Source: Candidatus Spyradenecus sp. | GTDB lineage: Bacteria; Verrucomicrobiota; Verrucomicrobiia; Opitutales; UBA953 | NCBI GenBank assembly: GCA_045535075.1 | Contig: JAZSKX010000015.1 | Coordinates: 75,994 to 139,993, forward strand | Length of the DNA stretch: 64,000 nt | Direction: 5' to 3' | In this document: positions 60,968-64,000 of the stretch, one piece after another | How positions within the stretch are numbered: the first letter of the stretch is position 1 | How the letters are laid out: every line of letters begins with the position of its first letter | The notes under the pieces: model-generated | Databases searched by the model: none | Seen by the model: only the letters and a program-made list of their open reading frames with translations | Told to the model about the DNA's origin: nothing | Program-made: the position numbers and the translations under genes

Positions 60968-61105
60968 TCGCCTTCAAAAAACAGCGTACAATCCTCAAGT
61001 TCTATCATCTCAATGAAAAACATTCCTTCCGATTTTATGGCGGTAGTGAAGAAGCAAAAGAATATCTGAGGACTATCGGAGGATTGTAATTTTTTTATTA
61101 AATGC

Positions 61106-61143
61106 AAAAAGCGTTCCCGCGAAATTTCACGGGAACGCTTTTT
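61106..61143. terminator. Bidirectional motif-pair terminator (miaB/lpxD)
   Basis: AAAAAGCGTTCCCGC-GAAATTTC-ACGGGAACGCTTTTT. Confidence 0.85.
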
Positions 61144-61156
61144 TGATCGAAACGAA

Positions 61157-62197
61157 TTATTTTCCGGCGAGTTGTTTTTCGATGGCTTTGATTTTGGAGT
61201 GCATTTCCGGAATGCGCATTTTCAAGACCATGAGTTTTTTCGCCAAGCCGATCGGGATTGCCGGAGAATCGAGCATCGTTGCGCCCGGTTCGACATCGCC
61301 GAGAACGCCGGCTTGCGCGCCGATCGTTGCCTTGTCGCCGATTTTGATATGCCCGGCGAGACCGACTTGCCCGGCAAGCGTAACGTAGTCGCCGACCGTC
61401 GTCGAACCCGCCATGCCGACCTGCCCGCAGAGGAAGCAGTATTTGCCGATAACGCAGTTGTGCCCGATTTGAACCAAATTGTCGATTTTCGTTCCCTTGC
61501 CGACGCGCGTTGAAGAAAAGCGCGCGCGGTCAATACACGTTCCCGCGCCGATTTCGACGTCATCTTCAATGACAACGTTCCCGATTTGCGGAATTTTTTC
61601 AATTTTCCCGTCCACGGGAATGAAGCCGAAGCCGTCTGCGCCGACAACGGCGTTGGGCAAAATGTGAACGCGTGCGCCGATTTGCGAGTAAGCGCAGATA
61701 CGCACGCCGCTTTCGATGTGGGAATTTTCGCCGACGGAAACGGCGGTGCCGAGCGTTACGTGCGAATCGAGCACCGCGCCGTCGCCGACGCTTGCTTTTT
61801 CTCCGATGACGCAGAACGGACCGATGTGGACGTTTTTGCCGATTTTTGCGGATTCGGCAATAACGGCGGTCGGATGCGTTCCCGCCGGCGGTTTCGGCCA
61901 GAGTGCCGCTTCAATTTGCCCGCAAATCAGCGCGAGCGTGTAAGACGGTTTTTCGACAAAAATATACGCCTGATTTTCCTTCGGCGAGCTTCCCGTGTAA
62001 TTCGCGGGAACGAGAATTGCGGACGCGTTGCAGGTTGCGACTTGAGCGTGGTATTTGTCGTTCCCGAGAAACGCAAGGTCGCCGGCAACGGCGGAATCGA
62101 GCGAGCCGATGTTGGAAAGCGGGGTTGTCGTGTTGCCTTCGACTTTAATCGGGTCGATGACGTTGCAAAGTTGTTCGAGGGTAAATGCGAGAGCCAT
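61157..62197 (-). CDS. lpxD: UDP-3-O-acyl-glucosamine N-acyltransferase
   Basis: Hexapeptide repeats, GADGFGF, KIPQIG, KIDNLVQIGHN. Confidence 0.96.
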   Translation of the reverse strand: MALAFTLEQLCNVIDPIKVEGNTTTPLSNIGSLDSAVAGDLAFLGNDKYHAQVATCNASAILVPANYTGSSPKENQAYIFVEKPSYTLALICGQIEAALWPKPPAGTHPTAVIAESAKIGKNVHIGPFCVIGEKASVGDGAVLDSHVTLGTAVSVGENSHIESGVRICAYSQIGARVHILPNAVVGADGFGFIPVDGKIEKIPQIGNVVIEDDVEIGAGTCIDRARFSSTRVGKGTKIDNLVQIGHNCVIGKYCFLCGQVGMAGSTTVGDYVTLAGQVGLAGHIKIGDKATIGAQAGVLGDVEPGATMLDSPAIPIGLAKKLMVLKMRIPEMHSKIKAIEKQLAGK

Positions 62198-62303
62198 AAA
62201 AAGTATTAGCGGAGGTGGATAAGCGATAGGGTTAATTAGTTTTCAAAAGAGCGTTCTTCGTCGAGCTTGCAGATGCAACTTCGATGAAGAACACCGATTG
62301 GAT

Positions 62304-63770
62304 TTAAAGTTTTTTGAATTTTTCGTAAGCGGCTTCCCATGCCGTACGATCGGCGGCGGGAACGTAGGTTTTTACATCAAACGAATTACGGACGACGCTT
62401 CGGATTTCATCGAGCCCGGAAAGTTCTCCTGCGGCGACAGCTTGAATCAGCACGTTCCCGCAGCTTGTACCTTCGACCGGACCGGCGACGACCGTGCGAC
62501 CTGTGGCATCGGCGATAAATTGCATGAAAAGCTTTGAGCGGGAGCCGCCGCCGACGACGTGGAGCGTATCGATCGGTTTTTCTGCGAGCGCGGAAATATC
62601 GTCAAGCGCTTTGCGGTAGGCGAGGGCGAGGCTTTCCAAAATACAACGCATTGTTTGTCCGACGTTCGCGGGAACGGGTTGTCCTGTTTCGGCGCAGAAG
62701 TCTGCGATTTTTTGCGGCATTTCGTTCGGTTTGAGAAAGCGTGCGTCGTCCGGATTGATGTGCGAGCGCAAAGCCGGCTCCATCGCGGCGAGCTTGTCGA
62801 GCTCGGGCGCGGGAGTGTCATTGCCGTTGGCTTTCCAGTAGCGCATGGATTCCTGTTGGATCCACATGCCGACGATGTTTTTCAAAAAGCGTGCTGTGTA
62901 GCCGTAGCCGACTTCGTTTGTGTAATTTGCCTTGCGAACCGTTTCGTTAATAAACGGAGTCGGCGATTCAATGCCGATGAGAGACCAAGTTCCGCAAGAA
63001 AGGAATGCCCAGCTTGTGGAGGCATCGGCGGGAATTGCGGCGACGGCGGCACCGGTGTCGTGTGAGCAGGATGCGACGACTTCCGTTTCCGGCGAAAGTC
63101 CGGTTTCTTCGGCAATCGCGGGAACGAGCTTACCTAGCGTTGTGCCGGAAGGAACGATTTTCGGAAAGATTTTTCGCGGAATGCCCAGTGTGTCGGCAAT
63201 TTCATATGACCACGTTTTTGTGCGCGGATTGTAAAGTTGCGTTGTACTGGCGAGCGAAATTTCAGCGGCGGGAACGCCGGAGAAAAGCCAGTTAAAGTAG
63301 TCTCCGATGTTAAGAAAACTTTCGGCTGCGGAGAGAATTTCCGGGCGGGAACGAGCATCTTCAAAGAGCTGATAGAGAGTGTTGATGCCGAGGAACATGA
63401 TGCCGGATTCCGCAAAGAGTTTTTCGTCCGGAATGATTTCGCGGACGCGTTCAATCGAGCCGTCGGTGCGGGAATCTCGGTATTGATAAGGCGCGGTCAA
63501 CATCGGCTCGGCGCCTTTGAGCAGAACGTAGTCAACGCCCCAGGAATCGGTTGAGATACTTTTGACGGGAATGCCGCGGTCAGCGACTTTTTTTAGCCCA
63601 GCCTTCAGCTCGTCGAAGAGACGGATGACGTCCCAACGCAAGGAGCCGTTGACGGGAACGGCCTTGTTGTAAAAACGGTGAATTTCTTCGAGCGTGATTT
63701 TCCCGTTTGCGAGAGTTCCGAGTATGACGCGACCGCTGTCGGCGCCCAAGTCGAGTGAGAGGTAGTTCAT
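62304..63770 (-). CDS. rhaB: Rhamnulokinase-family (FGGY) sugar kinase
   Basis: DLGADSGR, DSWGVDY, HDTGAAV, GTWSLIG, TNEVG, LKNIVGMW. Confidence 0.9.
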   Translation of the reverse strand: MNYLSLDLGADSGRVILGTLANGKITLEEIHRFYNKAVPVNGSLRWDVIRLFDELKAGLKKVADRGIPVKSISTDSWGVDYVLLKGAEPMLTAPYQYRDSRTDGSIERVREIIPDEKLFAESGIMFLGINTLYQLFEDARSRPEILSAAESFLNIGDYFNWLFSGVPAAEISLASTTQLYNPRTKTWSYEIADTLGIPRKIFPKIVPSGTTLGKLVPAIAEETGLSPETEVVASCSHDTGAAVAAIPADASTSWAFLSCGTWSLIGIESPTPFINETVRKANYTNEVGYGYTARFLKNIVGMWIQQESMRYWKANGNDTPAPELDKLAAMEPALRSHINPDDARFLKPNEMPQKIADFCAETGQPVPANVGQTMRCILESLALAYRKALDDISALAEKPIDTLHVVGGGSRSKLFMQFIADATGRTVVAGPVEGTSCGNVLIQAVAAGELSGLDEIRSVVRNSFDVKTYVPAADRTAWEAAYEKFKKL

Positions 63771-64000
63771 AAGCAAGATGTTTCCCAAAATTCAAACCGA
63801 TTTTTGAGAAAACGGCGAGCAATTAATCGAGGTTTATCTTTCGTTTAATGATTTGGTTGCTCGCGTTATTCATCATCGATTTGTATCTTTGTAGTTTATA
63901 TTGTAATTTATTTTTGTTTACGTTTTGTTTTTTGTGTGTCGGGGTGTTTTGTTGGGGCTTTTGGCGGTTTGGTTGTTTTTCTTGGGGGATTTATTTTTTT

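Larger units (their letters stand above)
1446..63660. repeat. Dispersed over-represented 9-mer RCGGGAACG / CGTTCCCGY (uptake-sequence-like)
   Basis: Hand count of the CGGGAAC/GTTCCCG core: 22 in 4384-7484 and 6 in hemE; present on both strands in most core genes. Confidence 0.95.

Noticed and set aside
4384..63660. The RCGGGAACG motif interpreted as a CRISPR repeat, REP element or IS end
   Set aside because: It is only about 9 bp long, irregularly spaced, mostly inside intact ORFs in several frames, and has no conserved flanks.
4384..63660. The motif interpreted as a Chi or KOPS site
   Set aside because: Both orientations are frequent and interleaved within the same genes; Chi and KOPS are strand-polarised. 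A formal genome-wide test is still needed.
63830..64000. T/G-rich low-complexity tail
   Set aside because: No ORF or regular repeat; it could be an AT-rich promoter region or low-quality terminal sequence.
1..64000. tRNA, rRNA, integrase or transposase genes
   Set aside because: None were recognised by eye; tRNAscan-SE and Infernal were not run.

Overview
This is a mostly housekeeping chromosomal segment of a moderately GC-rich bacterium, probably Verrucomicrobiota (Opitutia) from a gut habitat; that assignment is an inference from protein style, the type-B L31/L36 pair and the GH33/GH123 enzymes. It holds about 52 protein genes, including hsdR, uvrA, queA, asnS, hemE, alaS, ilvD, lnt, btuB with a cobalamin riboswitch, sod with a PerR-like box, glgP, tyrS, tdh, rseP, miaB, lpxD and rhaB. 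The most striking unexplained signal is a non-palindromic 9-mer, RCGGGAACG / CGTTCCCGY. It saturates core genes on both strands (hand count of the 7-mer core: 22 copies in 4384-7484) and is written into proteins as AGT/TGT/VPA/RER/RSR peptides. It forms fixed-polarity inverted pairs at many gene ends and is largely missing from the two foreign-looking islands (1-1.4 kb and 50.8-53 kb) and from the ribosomal protein genes. This is how DNA uptake sequences behave, and I know those only from Neisseriaceae and Pasteurellaceae. Other highlights: a HEPN-like gene and an acidic domain at a type I R-M locus, a type-I-toxin-like fold-back element in frame with miaB, an approximately 100-aa insertion in AlaRS, a frameshifted RHH gene at an island junction, and a secreted gingipain-like protein. 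All counts are by hand and no database searches were run.
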